Positions 10,234-20,480 of a stretch of 64,000 nt of DNA are shown piece by piece (within the stretch, counting starts at the first letter, position 1; the number at the start of each line of letters is the position of its first letter). A program made the translations under genes and the position numbers. The DNA is from an uncultured Methylomirabilota bacterium (GTDB lineage: Bacteria; Methylomirabilota; Methylomirabilia; Methylomirabilales; 2-02-FULL-66-22), in assembly GCA_963845565.1 (NCBI GenBank), contig CAWJSJ010000002.1:2048001-2112000 (forward strand), given 5' to 3'. The notes under the pieces are model-generated. The model searched no databases. It was not told the origin of the DNA and saw only the letters and a list, made by a program, of their open reading frames with translations.

Positions 10234-10689
10234 ATGCAGGCAGGAGGATCGATCGTGCGATGCGCCCTAAGCGCCGCGTGCGGGCTGATGTTCGTGATGG
10301 CCGTGGCGCAGGCCGCCGAGGCGAAGAAGATCGACTGCGAACTCCGGTACTCGCTGGCGGGCTGGTCCGCGTTCTACAAGACGGCGAAGGGCCAGGGAAA
10401 GATCACGTGTGACAACGGGCAGACGATGCGGGTGGCGATCACCGTGAAAGGGGGCGGCATCACGTTCGGCAAGACGAAGATCGAGGACGGCCGCGGGAAG
10501 TTCTCCGAGGTGTCGAACATCAACGACCTGCTCGGCGGGTACGCCGAGGCGGGGGTCGAGGCCGGCGCGGTCAAGTCCACGGAGGCCAATGTCCTGACCA
10601 ATGGCACGACCACGCTGGCTCTTGCCGGGAAGGGCGAGGGGTGGAATCTGGGGGTCTCCGGCGCCAAGTTCACGATCAGCCGGAAGTAA
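10234..10689 (+). CDS. Conserved hypothetical secreted protein
   Basis: GGAGG SD, signal peptide ending AQA, Gly-rich beta-type sequence with two Cys; codon usage looks coding. Confidence 0.75.
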   Translation: MQAGGSIVRCALSAACGLMFVMAVAQAAEAKKIDCELRYSLAGWSAFYKTAKGQGKITCDNGQTMRVAITVKGGGITFGKTKIEDGRGKFSEVSNINDLLGGYAEAGVEAGAVKSTEANVLTNGTTTLALAGKGEGWNLGVSGAKFTISRK

Positions 10690-10788
10690 GCCGTTGTCAA
10701 AGAATTAGTTGAGCGGAGACATTTCGAAACGGCATAAGGAGCCGTAACGAAATAGAAAGAGATGTATAGGTTATTTCGAAACGGCTCC
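10690..10788. mobile_element. MITE family A, copy 2
   Basis: Reverse complement of 1542-1640. Flanked by TAA on both sides; the left TAA is the stop codon of the upstream gene. Confidence 0.85.
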
Positions 10789-10915
10789 TAACGCGGGGCG
10801 GTCATTCGCGAACCGGACATGCCGCCACGTGACGGGCGGCGAACCGTCCGACAACCGGGGTGAGGGGCCGACCGCGTTGGCCGGGGCATCCGGCGGATCC
10901 GAGCGAGGGGGGCGC

Positions 10916-11380
10916 ATGGTGCGTCTGGTGGTGAACGGGGAGGCGCGGGAGTTCGACGGAGACCCCACGGCCCGATTGGTCGAGGTCCTCCGCCGCGACC
11001 TGGAACTGCCCGGGACGAAGTTCGGCTGCGGCCAGGGGCGATGCGGGGTATGCACGGTGATCGTCAACGGGCAGGCGGTCCGCTCGTGCCAGATCCCGGT
11101 GCAGGCCGTGGCAGGGCAGGCGATCACCACGATCGAGGGGGTGGGGTCTCCCGAGCAACCGCACCCGCTGCAGGTCGCCGTCCGCGAGGCGCAGGCCATG
11201 CAGTGCGGCCACTGCGCGCCCGGCATGATCATGGCGGCCAAGGCCCTGCTGGACCGGGCGCCCCGCCCGAGCGAAGCCCAGGTCCGACAGGTCCTGGAGG
11301 GACACGAGTGCATGTGCGGGAGTCGCAGTCAGGTGATTCGGGCCGTGCTTCGCCTCTCCGGGCCGGCGGGTCGGCGATGA
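10916..11380 (+). CDS. (2Fe-2S)-binding small subunit, CoxS/IorA family
   Basis: GTKFGCGQGRCGVCTV, RSC, ITTIEG, MQCGHCAPG and ECMCG motifs. Confidence 0.9.
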   Translation: MVRLVVNGEAREFDGDPTARLVEVLRRDLELPGTKFGCGQGRCGVCTVIVNGQAVRSCQIPVQAVAGQAITTIEGVGSPEQPHPLQVAVREAQAMQCGHCAPGMIMAAKALLDRAPRPSEAQVRQVLEGHECMCGSRSQVIRAVLRLSGPAGRR

Positions 11381-11438
11381 CGGGCCGGCCGGCGGACGCT
11401 CCGGTGCAAGGCCTGGGCGGCCGCGGACAGGGTGTGCG

Positions 11439-12140
11439 ATGAGCGCAGTCGCCAGCCCACCCGAGTCCGCCGGCGTCGCTCCGCTCCACCGCCCGACGCG
11501 GATTCAGCGGCTGGTTGCCGTCCTCATCTTCGTCTCGATCCGGGCCCTCGCGGCGACCCTGCGGTTCCGCGTGGAGGACGCCTCGGGACTGTTCACCGGG
11601 GGTGTCACCGGAGATCCCGTCATTTTCACGGTCTGGCACAACCGACTGGCGCTTGTGCTCGTGATCTATCGCCGGTTCGTGGTTTCGCATCACCCCCAGC
11701 GACGCCTGGCGGCCATGGTGAGCGCGAGTCGGGACGGCGCCATGCTGGCGCGGGCGTTGGAACTGTTCGGCGTCCAGCCGGTCCGCGGCTCGACGAGCCG
11801 GCGCGGTCCGCAGGCGCTGCGCGAACTCACCAGCTGGGGTGCGCAGGGCTACGATCTCGCCATCACCCCGGATGGACCGCGCGGGCCTTGTTATGTCGTG
11901 CAGAGCGGCGTGGTGTCGGTAGCGCAACTCACCGGACTGCCCATTGTGCCGGTGTCCTACCACCTGAGCAGAAAGACCCGGCTCAAAAGTTGGGACCGGT
12001 TCCAGGTCCCGTGGCCCTTCACGCGCTGCACCATTCGGGTCGGGGAGGTCCTGCGGGTGCCGCGCGACGCCAGCGAGGCCGACCGCGACCAGCTTCGGGA
12101 GGAACTCGAAAAGCGGATGCGCGCCATCACGGAGGATTAG
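11439..12140 (+). CDS. DUF374 / lysophospholipid acyltransferase family protein
   Basis: WHNR, SASRDG, RGSTSRRG, ITPDGPRGP and SWDRFQVPWPF motifs. Confidence 0.88.
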   Translation: MSAVASPPESAGVAPLHRPTRIQRLVAVLIFVSIRALAATLRFRVEDASGLFTGGVTGDPVIFTVWHNRLALVLVIYRRFVVSHHPQRRLAAMVSASRDGAMLARALELFGVQPVRGSTSRRGPQALRELTSWGAQGYDLAITPDGPRGPCYVVQSGVVSVAQLTGLPIVPVSYHLSRKTRLKSWDRFQVPWPFTRCTIRVGEVLRVPRDASEADRDQLREELEKRMRAITED

Positions 12141-12165
12141 TCGGCTGCAACACCCCGCGTTGTTT

Positions 12166-12290
12166 CAGGCTGCTCAAAAAGGCCCAGATGCTAGGCGGCG
12201 GGCAAAGGGCCGAGCGAGGCGTACTCCAGGTACGCCGCAGTGAGCGCCCGAGCACGCCAACGCCGCAGATGGACCTTTTTCAGCAGCCTG
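12166..12290. mobile_element. MITE family C
   Basis: TIRs CAGGCTGCTCAAAAAGGCCCAGATGC ... GCAGATGGACCTTTTTCAGCAGCCTG. Abuts the DUF3047 stop codon. Homologs at 20108-20412 and 47263-47453. Confidence 0.85.
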
Positions 12291-13055
12291 CTACCGTCGG
12301 AAGCGAATGTCGCCATAGTGCGCCGTGACCGACTCGCCGGTGTTGTCGGTGTCGGTCATGATGGCCACCCCCGAGATCATGGGCGGCTCCTCGCCGAACG
12401 CCTTGCGGTAGTCCTCGACGATGTTTCGCTCGACCCGCACCCACTGCTGGAGTCGCCCCGGTCCCGACTCGACCACCACCATCCGGACGCGATCGGTATA
12501 GGCGTTGGGCAGGATGGTGTCTTTCGGGACGCGCCCCTCCCAGATGTAATTGATGCCGGCGTGGGGCGGGTAGGCGCCGTACAGCAGCTTGGCCGTCTCG
12601 TATTTCGCGTTGTCGAGGAAACCCAGCCGACCGGGATCGTACGCGAACGTGATGTAGAGGCGCGCCGGATAGTCGTCGCCGTCCTTCCGAGTCGGGTCGC
12701 CTTTCGTCAGAAGGTTGGACACGCGCCAGCGCCACTCCACGATCGGGAACTCTTTCGGATCGATTCGGATCTCGCGCGTTAGGCCCGAGGCTCCGGCGGT
12801 CGACACCGCTTCCACTACCACGTCCCCGTCCGGTCGGACCAGTCGATACCGGGTGTGCCGCTCGATTTTCTTGAAGGTGAGGGGCTTCCAGTCTGCGGGC
12901 GGGCCGTCGCCGGGAGTCTCGGCCGAGAAGCGTCCCACCTCCAGCACCGCGGGGGCCGTGCCCGCAGGCGCGCCGCCGGCCAGGAGCGCGGCGGCCAGAA
13001 CGCCGATCATGCTGAGCCATCGCGACCCCCGGAATATTCCGCATCGCTCAGTCAT
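12291..13055 (-). CDS. DUF3047 domain protein (secreted)
   Basis: WRWRV, KDGDDYPARLYITF, INYIW and VAIMTDTDNTG motifs. Confidence 0.9.
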   Translation of the reverse strand: MTERCGIFRGSRWLSMIGVLAAALLAGGAPAGTAPAVLEVGRFSAETPGDGPPADWKPLTFKKIERHTRYRLVRPDGDVVVEAVSTAGASGLTREIRIDPKEFPIVEWRWRVSNLLTKGDPTRKDGDDYPARLYITFAYDPGRLGFLDNAKYETAKLLYGAYPPHAGINYIWEGRVPKDTILPNAYTDRVRMVVVESGPGRLQQWVRVERNIVEDYRKAFGEEPPMISGVAIMTDTDNTGESVTAHYGDIRFRR

Positions 13056-13698
13056 GGTCCGCCACCTCTTCCAGCAGATGCGCCAGTCGAGGATCCTGCC
13101 GGAGGCGACGCAGATCCTCCGGCTGGTCCACGTCCCAGCGCAGCGGGATCTCGGTCCAGCGCCATTCGAGTGCGCGCAGTCGCACGCGGGTTGCCGCCAT
13201 GACGCCGGCGGTGCTCCACGCGATATCCTCGAAGAGTTCGGCGGCGACCTGCCGAAGCGCCACCAGCGCGTAGCCGCCGTCCTCGACCGGGCAGAACACG
13301 GCATCCATGTCCCCGTTCAGCCCATCCCGCGCCGCCTGCAGGTCCTCCGGACACAGCGCCGGACAGTCGGTGCCGACGAGGATCGCGTGGCGATGGCGTC
13401 GGAGGGCGTCCGCCAGTGCGGTGTGCATTCGCTCGCCCAGGTCGCGACCCCGCTGGGGGACGAGGCGGAGTCCGTAGCGCGCCGCCAGCGACGCGAACCA
13501 CGGGTGGGCCGTATCCGGCGCACACCAGAGCTCCACGGGGCCGATCTCGGCGGCGAGGGCGGTCTCGAGACACTGCCGGGCCATGCGCCGGTAGAGCCGG
13601 GCAGCGCCCTCCGCGCCCAGGATGGGTGCGAGCCGGGTCTTGACCGTGCCCGGGACGGGTGCCTTGGCGAAGACCAGGACGCCGACCTGCTCAGACAT
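13048..13698 (-). CDS. TIGR04282 / DUF2064 glycosyltransferase-like protein
   Basis: FAKAPVPGTVKTRL, QRGRDLGERM, GTDCP, EDGGY, IAWST and DVDQPEDL motifs. Confidence 0.9.
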   Translation of the reverse strand: MSEQVGVLVFAKAPVPGTVKTRLAPILGAEGAARLYRRMARQCLETALAAEIGPVELWCAPDTAHPWFASLAARYGLRLVPQRGRDLGERMHTALADALRRHRHAILVGTDCPALCPEDLQAARDGLNGDMDAVFCPVEDGGYALVALRQVAAELFEDIAWSTAGVMAATRVRLRALEWRWTEIPLRWDVDQPEDLRRLRQDPRLAHLLEEVADHD

Positions 13699-14402
13699 CG
13701 TGGTCGTGTCCGGGATAGTATCGGCTCGCCAGGCGGCACGGGTCCGCGCCGAAGAAATAGGCAATCCGCAGCCGCCACATGAAGAGGATCGTCCGCCAGA
13801 TGCCGTCCCGCTCCCAGCGGCGGCTGGAGGTCACGACCTGCGCCCGGAGACAGAGCGGGCGGCCGACCCGTTTGAGGCGAGCGCTCAGGGCAATATCCTC
13901 CATCAGGGGAATCTCCCGGTACCGGCCGACCGCCTCGAACGTCTCCCGTGCCACGAAGATCGCCTGATCGCCGGTGGCGACCCCGGTCAGGCGCGAGCGC
14001 AGGTTCATCAGGCCCCTCGACCATCCGAAGCGCGGGCCGCGTGCCGGAGAGCCGGACGTCGAAACGACCCCAGCACCGGCCGCACCTCGCCAAGCCGTCC
14101 AGGATCAGGCGATCCGCCTCGGGCGGCAGCCGGGTGTCCGCGTGGAGGAACAGCAGGACCTCCCCCTCGGCCAGCGTGGCTCCCGCATTCATCTGGAGGG
14201 CGCGACCGCGGGCGCTGCCGATGATCCGATCGGCGTGCGGTCGCGCGAGTTCGACGGTGCCGTCCCGGCTTCCCCCGTCGACCACGATGACCTGGTGCCC
14301 GGCCCGACGGTAGGGCTGGAGCGCTGCCAGTGCGGCGTCAATCCCCTCCGCCTCGTCCAGGCAGGGCACCACGATCGTCAGGTGTTTCGACCGCGTCTCC
14401 AT
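13691..14402 (-). CDS. TIGR04283 family GT2 glycosyltransferase, frameshift near 14010
   Basis: VVDGGSRDGT, GRALQMNAGA and FLHADTRLP, then ATGDQAIFV, PLMEDIAL and TSSRRW in ORF 13691..14008. Confidence 0.9.
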
Positions 14403-14410
14403 CGGTGTAA

Positions 14411-14478
14411 GCCGTTGTCAAAGGATAATTTGACCGGAGAAATTCCGAAAAATGGCCAAGTTATTTCGCAACGGCTCC
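14411..14478. mobile_element. MITE family A, short variant
   Basis: TAA-GCCGTTGTCAAAG...TTATTTCGCAACGGCTCC-TAA. Confidence 0.75.
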
Positions 14479-14744
14479 TAATCTCCCGGCCGTGCGGAGC
14501 GATCGGCGGGCCGCGTCGTGGCGCCCGACCTTGGGCGGTGGACGGCGGGGCCGCGCGGGACGAGGATCGCCGGTCTGGGGGGGCGGTGTCAACAGGAAGT
14601 CGCCAATGCACCGCTCTGTGGGGATGTACCCAGAACCCGGGGCGGTCTGGGCATGGACAGGGCGCGCGCGCGGCGCTATGATGCCGCGATGTGCGGTCGG
14701 ACGAGATACACAACGGGCGATTTTAGACACGGAAGGAGGATGGT

Positions 14745-15494
14745 ATGAGCAAGCTTCAGGGGCAGGTGGCCATCGTGATTGGCGCGAGCAGCGGGATGGG
14801 GCGGGCGACGGCGCTGGCCTTCGTCGCAGAGGGGGCCAAGGTGGCGATTGCCGCTCGGCGGAAGGCGGAACTCGATTCGCTGGCCGCGGAGATCGCGCGG
14901 CGAGGCGGAGACGCCGTCGTGCTGACCGCGGACGTTGTCAAGCGGTCGGACGTCGACGCGGTGGTGCAGGCCGCCGTCGCGCGGTTCGGCAAAGTGGACG
15001 TGCTTGCGAACTGCGCCGGTGTCAACACGCGCGACCGACAGCTCGCTCTGCTCGATCAGGCGGGGTGGGACCGGATCGTCGGGATCAACCTGACCGGCGC
15101 GTTCCACTGCACGCAGGCGGTCTTGCCCAGGATGCGGGAGCAGAAGGGGGGGCTCATCATCCACGTGGCGTCGATCTCGGGTCTCTGGGGGGATTTCTCG
15201 GGCGCGGCGTACCAGGCCAGCAAGCACGGGATCGTAGGGCTGGCGAACGCGACGATGATGGAGGAACGGCTCAACGGGATCCGGGTCACGGTGATCTACC
15301 CTGGGCTGTGCGACACACCGATCCTGAACAACCGGCCGGTGCCGCCGAGCCAGGAACAGCGCGATCTGATGATGAAACCCGAGGACATCGCCGCGGCGTG
15401 CGTCTTCGCGGCCAGCCTGCCCCCGCGGACCTACGTGGCGGACCTGGTCCTGATGCCCGGGGCGCTCCAGTGCAACGGTCACCCGACGCCGTAG
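14745..15494 (+). CDS. Short-chain dehydrogenase/reductase
   Basis: GASSGMG, NCAG and catalytic YQASK motifs. Confidence 0.93.
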   Translation: MSKLQGQVAIVIGASSGMGRATALAFVAEGAKVAIAARRKAELDSLAAEIARRGGDAVVLTADVVKRSDVDAVVQAAVARFGKVDVLANCAGVNTRDRQLALLDQAGWDRIVGINLTGAFHCTQAVLPRMREQKGGLIIHVASISGLWGDFSGAAYQASKHGIVGLANATMMEERLNGIRVTVIYPGLCDTPILNNRPVPPSQEQRDLMMKPEDIAAACVFAASLPPRTYVADLVLMPGALQCNGHPTP

Positions 15495-15629
15495 CCTGCC
15501 GTGCGCGGCGGGCCCGAGTTGCCCGTCGCGGGCAAACATGGTAGCTTGGCTTGCCCGCCGCCCGAGGGCGGATCGGGCGGGGTGACGATTCCATTTTCGA
15601 AGAGGCGCGAGTATTCACGGAGGTTTGGC

Positions 15630-17300
15630 ATGCGTAGCGACACGGTGAAGAAGGGGTACGACAAGGCGCCACACCGCAGCCTGTTCCGGGCGGTGGGTTT
15701 GAAAGACGCGGACTTCGACAAGCCGTTCATCGGGGTGGCCAACTCGTACGTTGGGATCATTCCGGGACACGTCCACCTCCAAGAGGTCGGACGCATCGTC
15801 CGGGAGGCGATTACCGAGGCCGGCGGTGTGCCGTTCGAGTTCAACACCATCGGGGTGGACGACGGAATCGCCATGGGCCACACCGGGATGCGCTTCTCGC
15901 TGCCCAGCCGCGAGCTGATCGCGGATGCCATCGAGACCATGGCGATGGCCCACTGCTTCGACGGGCTGGTGATGATCGGCAACTGCGACAAGATCGTCCC
16001 CGGGATGCTGATGGCCGCCATGCGGGTCAACATCCCGGCGATCTATGTCAGCGGCGGCCCGATGGCGGCGGGCAAGACGGGCGCCGGGAAGGTCGTGGAT
16101 CTGGCGACGGTGTTCGAGGCCGTGGGCTCCTATTCGGCCGGCAAGCTGGACGATGCGGCGCTGCTCGAACTGGAGAAGACCGGCTGCCCCACCTGCGGCT
16201 CCTGCTCCGGCATGTTCACGGCCAACTCCATGAACTGCCTGGCCGAGGCGCTGGGGATGGCCCTGCCGGGCAACGGCACCATCCTGGCGGTGGACGAGAA
16301 GCGGAAGGCGCTCTACCGGGCGGCGGGGCGGCAGATCCTGACGCTGGTGGCGAAGGATCTGAAGCCGCGCGACATCGTCACCCGCGAGACGATCGACAAC
16401 GCCTTCTGTCTGGACATGGCCATGGGCGGCTCGACCAACACCGTCCTCCACACACTGGCCATCGCGCACGAAGCCGGGATCCCGTACTCGCTGGACCGGA
16501 TCAACCAGCTGTCCGATCGCGTTCCGTATCTCTGCAAGGTGAGTCCGGCCGGGCATCACCACGTGGAGGACGTGGACCGGGCCGGCGGGGTCAACGCCAT
16601 CCTGAGCCGGCTGGCCGAAAAGGGTGATGTGCTCCGGCTCGATCGGCCGACGGTGAGCGGCAAGACGCTCGGCGAGGTGATCCGGGGCGCCAAGGTGGCG
16701 GACGACGACGTCATCCGTCCGCTCGCCAATCCCTACCGCGCCACCGGCGGCCTGACGGTGCTGTTTGGGAACCTGGCCCCGGAGGGGGGCGTGGTCAAGG
16801 CCGGCGGCGTGGCGCCGGAGATGCTCCGCCACGAGGGTCCTGCGGTGATCTTCGAATCGCAGGACGAGGCCCTGGCGGGCATCCTGAGCGGCAAGGTGAA
16901 GGCCGGGGACGTGGTCGTGATCCGGTACGAGGGCCCCAAGGGCGGCCCCGGCATGCAGGAGATGCTCTCGCCGACCTCCGCCATCATCGGGCGAGGTCTG
17001 GGCAAGTCGGTCTCGCTCATCACCGACGGGCGCTTCTCGGGGGCGAGCCACGGGGCCTGCATCGGACACGTGTCGCCCGAGGCGGCGGCGGGCGGTCCGA
17101 TCGGCCTGCTCAAGACCGGGGATCGCATCCGGATCGACATCGAGAAGCGGCTGCTGGAGGTGCAACTCAGCGGCGCGGAACTCCAAGCGCGCCGGGCCGC
17201 CTGGAAGCCGCTGGCGCCCCGCGTCACGACCGGCTGGCTGTATCGGTACTCCAAGATGGTGACGTCGGGGAGCCGCGGAGCGGTCCTCAGCGCCGATTGA
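15630..17300 (+). CDS. ilvD: Dihydroxy-acid dehydratase
   Basis: [51 protein letters not shown] and TDGRFSG motifs. Confidence 0.97.
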   Translation: MRSDTVKKGYDKAPHRSLFRAVGLKDADFDKPFIGVANSYVGIIPGHVHLQEVGRIVREAITEAGGVPFEFNTIGVDDGIAMGHTGMRFSLPSRELIADAIETMAMAHCFDGLVMIGNCDKIVPGMLMAAMRVNIPAIYVSGGPMAAGKTGAGKVVDLATVFEAVGSYSAGKLDDAALLELEKTGCPTCGSCSGMFTANSMNCLAEALGMALPGNGTILAVDEKRKALYRAAGRQILTLVAKDLKPRDIVTRETIDNAFCLDMAMGGSTNTVLHTLAIAHEAGIPYSLDRINQLSDRVPYLCKVSPAGHHHVEDVDRAGGVNAILSRLAEKGDVLRLDRPTVSGKTLGEVIRGAKVADDDVIRPLANPYRATGGLTVLFGNLAPEGGVVKAGGVAPEMLRHEGPAVIFESQDEALAGILSGKVKAGDVVVIRYEGPKGGPGMQEMLSPTSAIIGRGLGKSVSLITDGRFSGASHGACIGHVSPEAAAGGPIGLLKTGDRIRIDIEKRLLEVQLSGAELQARRAAWKPLAPRVTTGWLYRYSKMVTSGSRGAVLSAD

Positions 17301-17498
17301 CGGGGCGTCCGGGGCCCGGGGTGGGGCCCCGGGGAACCGGACGGCCAATGAGTCTCCAGCAGGGCGGGTCGGCAGTGCGGCCCGCCCTGCGTTTTTCCGG
17401 CAGGCGGGACTTGATTTTCCTGCCATCACTGTGGCAGGCTTCCTCGGACGGGCGGGGAGCCGCCGCGGTTCGTTGCGGTCGCGGGGAGGTTTGGTCCG

Positions 17499-18728
17499 AT
17501 GGGCATCGCCTCACAGACGGCGCCGGAAGACGAGGGGCGGCCGGACCCCCGGTATCTGACCCGGCTGGTCGCCCTCTTCTGCGCCGGTTGGGCCGTGATC
17601 TACGCCGACCGGACGATCCTGTATCCGCTCCTGACCGTGATCGCGGGCGAGTTCGGCCTGACCGGATTCCAGACCGGCCTGATCAGCAGCACCTACTTCA
17701 CGCTGTACGTGGCAGCCATGCTCCCGGCCGGTCTCCTGGCAGAGCGGCTGGGCCTCAAGCGCACGCTGGTGCTGTTTTTTTTCGTGTCGGCGGCGGGGGT
17801 GGCGGGGTTCGGGGCGGCCGCGGTGAACTACCTCGCGCTCCTCGCCATGGCCGGGCTGCACGGCGCGGGCGCGGGGGCCTATTACACCATGGCCTACAGC
17901 ATCACGATTCACACGGTGCCGAGCCGCCACCGCGGCATCGCGTCGGGCGTCATCAACGGCGGGATGTCCGTGGGCCTGGCGGTGGGCCTCGCCCTGGCGG
18001 GCCCGCTGTTTCACGCCACGGGAAGCTGGCGGATTCCGTTCGCGATCCTGGCGGTGCCGACGGTCCTGATGGCGGCGCTTTTCCAGGGGGCGGTGCGCGA
18101 GGTGCCGATTCCCCGTCGACGCGCCACCCCGGTCTGGGAGTTACTGTGTGACCCCACGCTGCTTCGGATGAACCTGTCCGGCTTCTGCGTCCTGTACGGC
18201 TGGTGGGTCGTGCTGTCCTGGGGACCGGTCTTCTTTCAGAGTGAACGGAACGTCAGCCTCACGATGTCGGGTCTCTATACCCTGGTGATCGCGGCGACCG
18301 CCATTCCATCCGGGCTGATCCTGGGACGCCTGTCGGATCGCATCGGTCGGAAGCGGATCATTTTGACGATGCTCCCCCTCATGGCGCTCAGCCTGGTGGT
18401 CATCCCGCAGGTGACATCGCGGACGGGGATGCTCCTGTCCCTCCTGGCGTACGGCCTGGTCGGAAAGCTCGCCTGGGACCCGCTGGCCATTGCCTGGCTG
18501 GGCGACTATGCGGCACGCCATCGGCCCGAGGCGGTGGGGGCGGCAGTGGCGCTCTTCTCCTTCTGCAGCGTCGTGTCGGCGGTGGTCGCCCCACCGGTGA
18601 CGGGCTGGATCAAAGACGTCACCGGCTCGCTGGCGGGGGGCTTCTACCTGGCGGCGGCGGTGGTCCTGGTCGGCTTCGCTCTCTCGCTGGGACCCGCCGA
18701 TGGCCGGCGGGGCGAGGTGGGAGCATGA
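17499..18728 (+). CDS. MFS transporter
   Basis: About 12 hydrophobic segments; GLLAERLGLKR and GRLSDRIGRKR MFS motif A. Confidence 0.92.
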   Translation: MGIASQTAPEDEGRPDPRYLTRLVALFCAGWAVIYADRTILYPLLTVIAGEFGLTGFQTGLISSTYFTLYVAAMLPAGLLAERLGLKRTLVLFFFVSAAGVAGFGAAAVNYLALLAMAGLHGAGAGAYYTMAYSITIHTVPSRHRGIASGVINGGMSVGLAVGLALAGPLFHATGSWRIPFAILAVPTVLMAALFQGAVREVPIPRRRATPVWELLCDPTLLRMNLSGFCVLYGWWVVLSWGPVFFQSERNVSLTMSGLYTLVIAATAIPSGLILGRLSDRIGRKRIILTMLPLMALSLVVIPQVTSRTGMLLSLLAYGLVGKLAWDPLAIAWLGDYAARHRPEAVGAAVALFSFCSVVSAVVAPPVTGWIKDVTGSLAGGFYLAAAVVLVGFALSLGPADGRRGEVGA

Positions 18729-20107
18729 TGTGCGCCGGCCGACCGCGCCCACCTGATGGGGTGCCGTATGGCATCCGAGGGGCACTCGGCCTCGCGGCGA
18801 TCGTGGCGGCCCTTGTGTCGGTCGGCCTCGCCGCGGACCCGGTGCCGGCCGGGGCGCCGAGGGACCCGGCGATTCGGGTGCTGGTCGTGAAGACCGAGGC
18901 CGAGGCGCGGGAGGCGATCGGCATGTTCACGGCTGGCATGACGTTCGATCGCATCGTGCGGGAGCGGTCGATCGGTCCGGAACGCGAGCGGGGAGGCTAT
19001 CTGGGCCGAGTGGACCCGGCGACCCTGTCCCCGGCGGCGCGCGCGGCGGTGGCCAGAACCCGGAGCGGACGACTGACTCCTGTCTTTCCGACCGACGGGG
19101 GTTTCGGCGTGATCCAGATCCTGACCGACCAGGAGGAGCAAGAGCTGGAGGCCAAGCTCCGCAAGGAACCCGAGGCGCTGGCGTTGCTCCAGGAAGGGAC
19201 GGACCTCGGCAAGCGCGGGGACCTTGACCGGGCCGTGGCGCTGCTCCAGCGGGCGGTGGAACTGAACCCCCTGCTGGCGGACGCCCACTTCAACCTGGCC
19301 GTCGGCTGGTGGCATCTCGGGCGTCATGAGGCCGCCATCACGGCGCTGCGCGAGGCCATCCGGCTCCAGCCCAAGGATTTCGACGCTCACCTCCTCCTGG
19401 GCGGCTGGCTGTCCCAGCGCGGCCGACCCGAGGAGGCCGTAGCGCACTTCGAGCGCGCGGCGGCGCTGGACATGAATTCCCTGGAGGCCTGGCGAATGCT
19501 CGCCCGGGCCTACGATGCCGCGGGCCGCGCCCGGGCGGCGGTCGGGGCGTATCGGCAGGCTCTCGGGCTGCTTGGCCGAGACGACCCGGCGCTGCTGGAG
19601 GCGCTGCTTGCGGCGGCGATGCGGGCGCCGGATGGGCCGGCGGCGGTGGAGGCGGCCCGCAAGCTCCGCGGGATCCGACCGGGATACGAGGGGTTCGTCG
19701 CGGTGGGGGATGCGCTCCTGCTGAACGGCGACGCCGAGGCGGCGGTACAGGAATACCGCAAGGCGCTCGGCTTGGCGCCCGCGTCGGTGCGGGGACAGGT
19801 CGGTCTGGCAACGGCCTTTGCCCGGCTGGGCCAGCGGGAGCCGGCGACGCAGCACCTGCTGGCGGCCATCCGCCTGGACCCGGCGAACCCACAGCACTAT
19901 CAGACGCTCTCGCGCCTGTACGAGGAGATGGGTAGGCTGGACCTGGCGATCGTGGCACAGCGCGACGGAGTGGCGGCGGCGTCCGGCGCGCCGGCGGCGA
20001 CGCGAGCGGCCATGGTGGATCAGTTGGCGGCGCTCTACGAACGTGCGGAGATGCGGCGGGAGGCGGAGCAGGAGCGGCGGCGCGCCAAGGCGCTCCGCGA
20101 GCCGTAG
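18725..20107 (+). CDS. Secreted parvulin-type PPIase plus TPR-repeat protein
   Basis: FDRIVRERSIGPERERGGYLG rotamase-like segment followed by multiple TPR helices. Start uncertain. Confidence 0.8.
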   Translation: MMCAGRPRPPDGVPYGIRGALGLAAIVAALVSVGLAADPVPAGAPRDPAIRVLVVKTEAEAREAIGMFTAGMTFDRIVRERSIGPERERGGYLGRVDPATLSPAARAAVARTRSGRLTPVFPTDGGFGVIQILTDQEEQELEAKLRKEPEALALLQEGTDLGKRGDLDRAVALLQRAVELNPLLADAHFNLAVGWWHLGRHEAAITALREAIRLQPKDFDAHLLLGGWLSQRGRPEEAVAHFERAAALDMNSLEAWRMLARAYDAAGRARAAVGAYRQALGLLGRDDPALLEALLAAAMRAPDGPAAVEAARKLRGIRPGYEGFVAVGDALLLNGDAEAAVQEYRKALGLAPASVRGQVGLATAFARLGQREPATQHLLAAIRLDPANPQHYQTLSRLYEEMGRLDLAIVAQRDGVAAASGAPAATRAAMVDQLAALYERAEMRREAEQERRRAKALREP

Positions 20108-20412
20108 CAGGCCGCTGAAAACGGCCCATCTGCAGCGTTGGTCCGCCTTGCCACTCGCTGCGACGTACCTGGAGTACGTCTCGCTCGGCCTTCGGCGGGC
20201 CGCCTTGCATCTGAGCCCTTTTGAGCGGCCTGGGGAGAGCAGGCCGCTGAAAACGGCCGATCTGCGGTGACCCATCCTGCGGATGGGTACCCCGCTTGCT
20301 TGGGCGCTCATTGCGGCGTACCTGGAGTACGCCTCACTCGGCCTTTCGCGTTCCGCCTTGCATCTGGGCCTTTTTGAGCAGCCTGGGCGAAAACAGGTTC
20401 TTCAGTATGCTG
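20108..20412. mobile_element. Two tandem family C MITE copies (20108-20232 and 20240-20385) plus an extended end
   Basis: Reverse-complement homologs of 12166-12290. The first copy starts right after a TAG stop. 20386-20412 matches the reverse complement of 47262-47290. Confidence 0.85.
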
Positions 20413-20480
20413 CGAAGGCGGACGCACTTCCGGAGGGGCAGCGACGGCCCGCGACGCGGCGCGGTGGGCGGGGGGACGAG

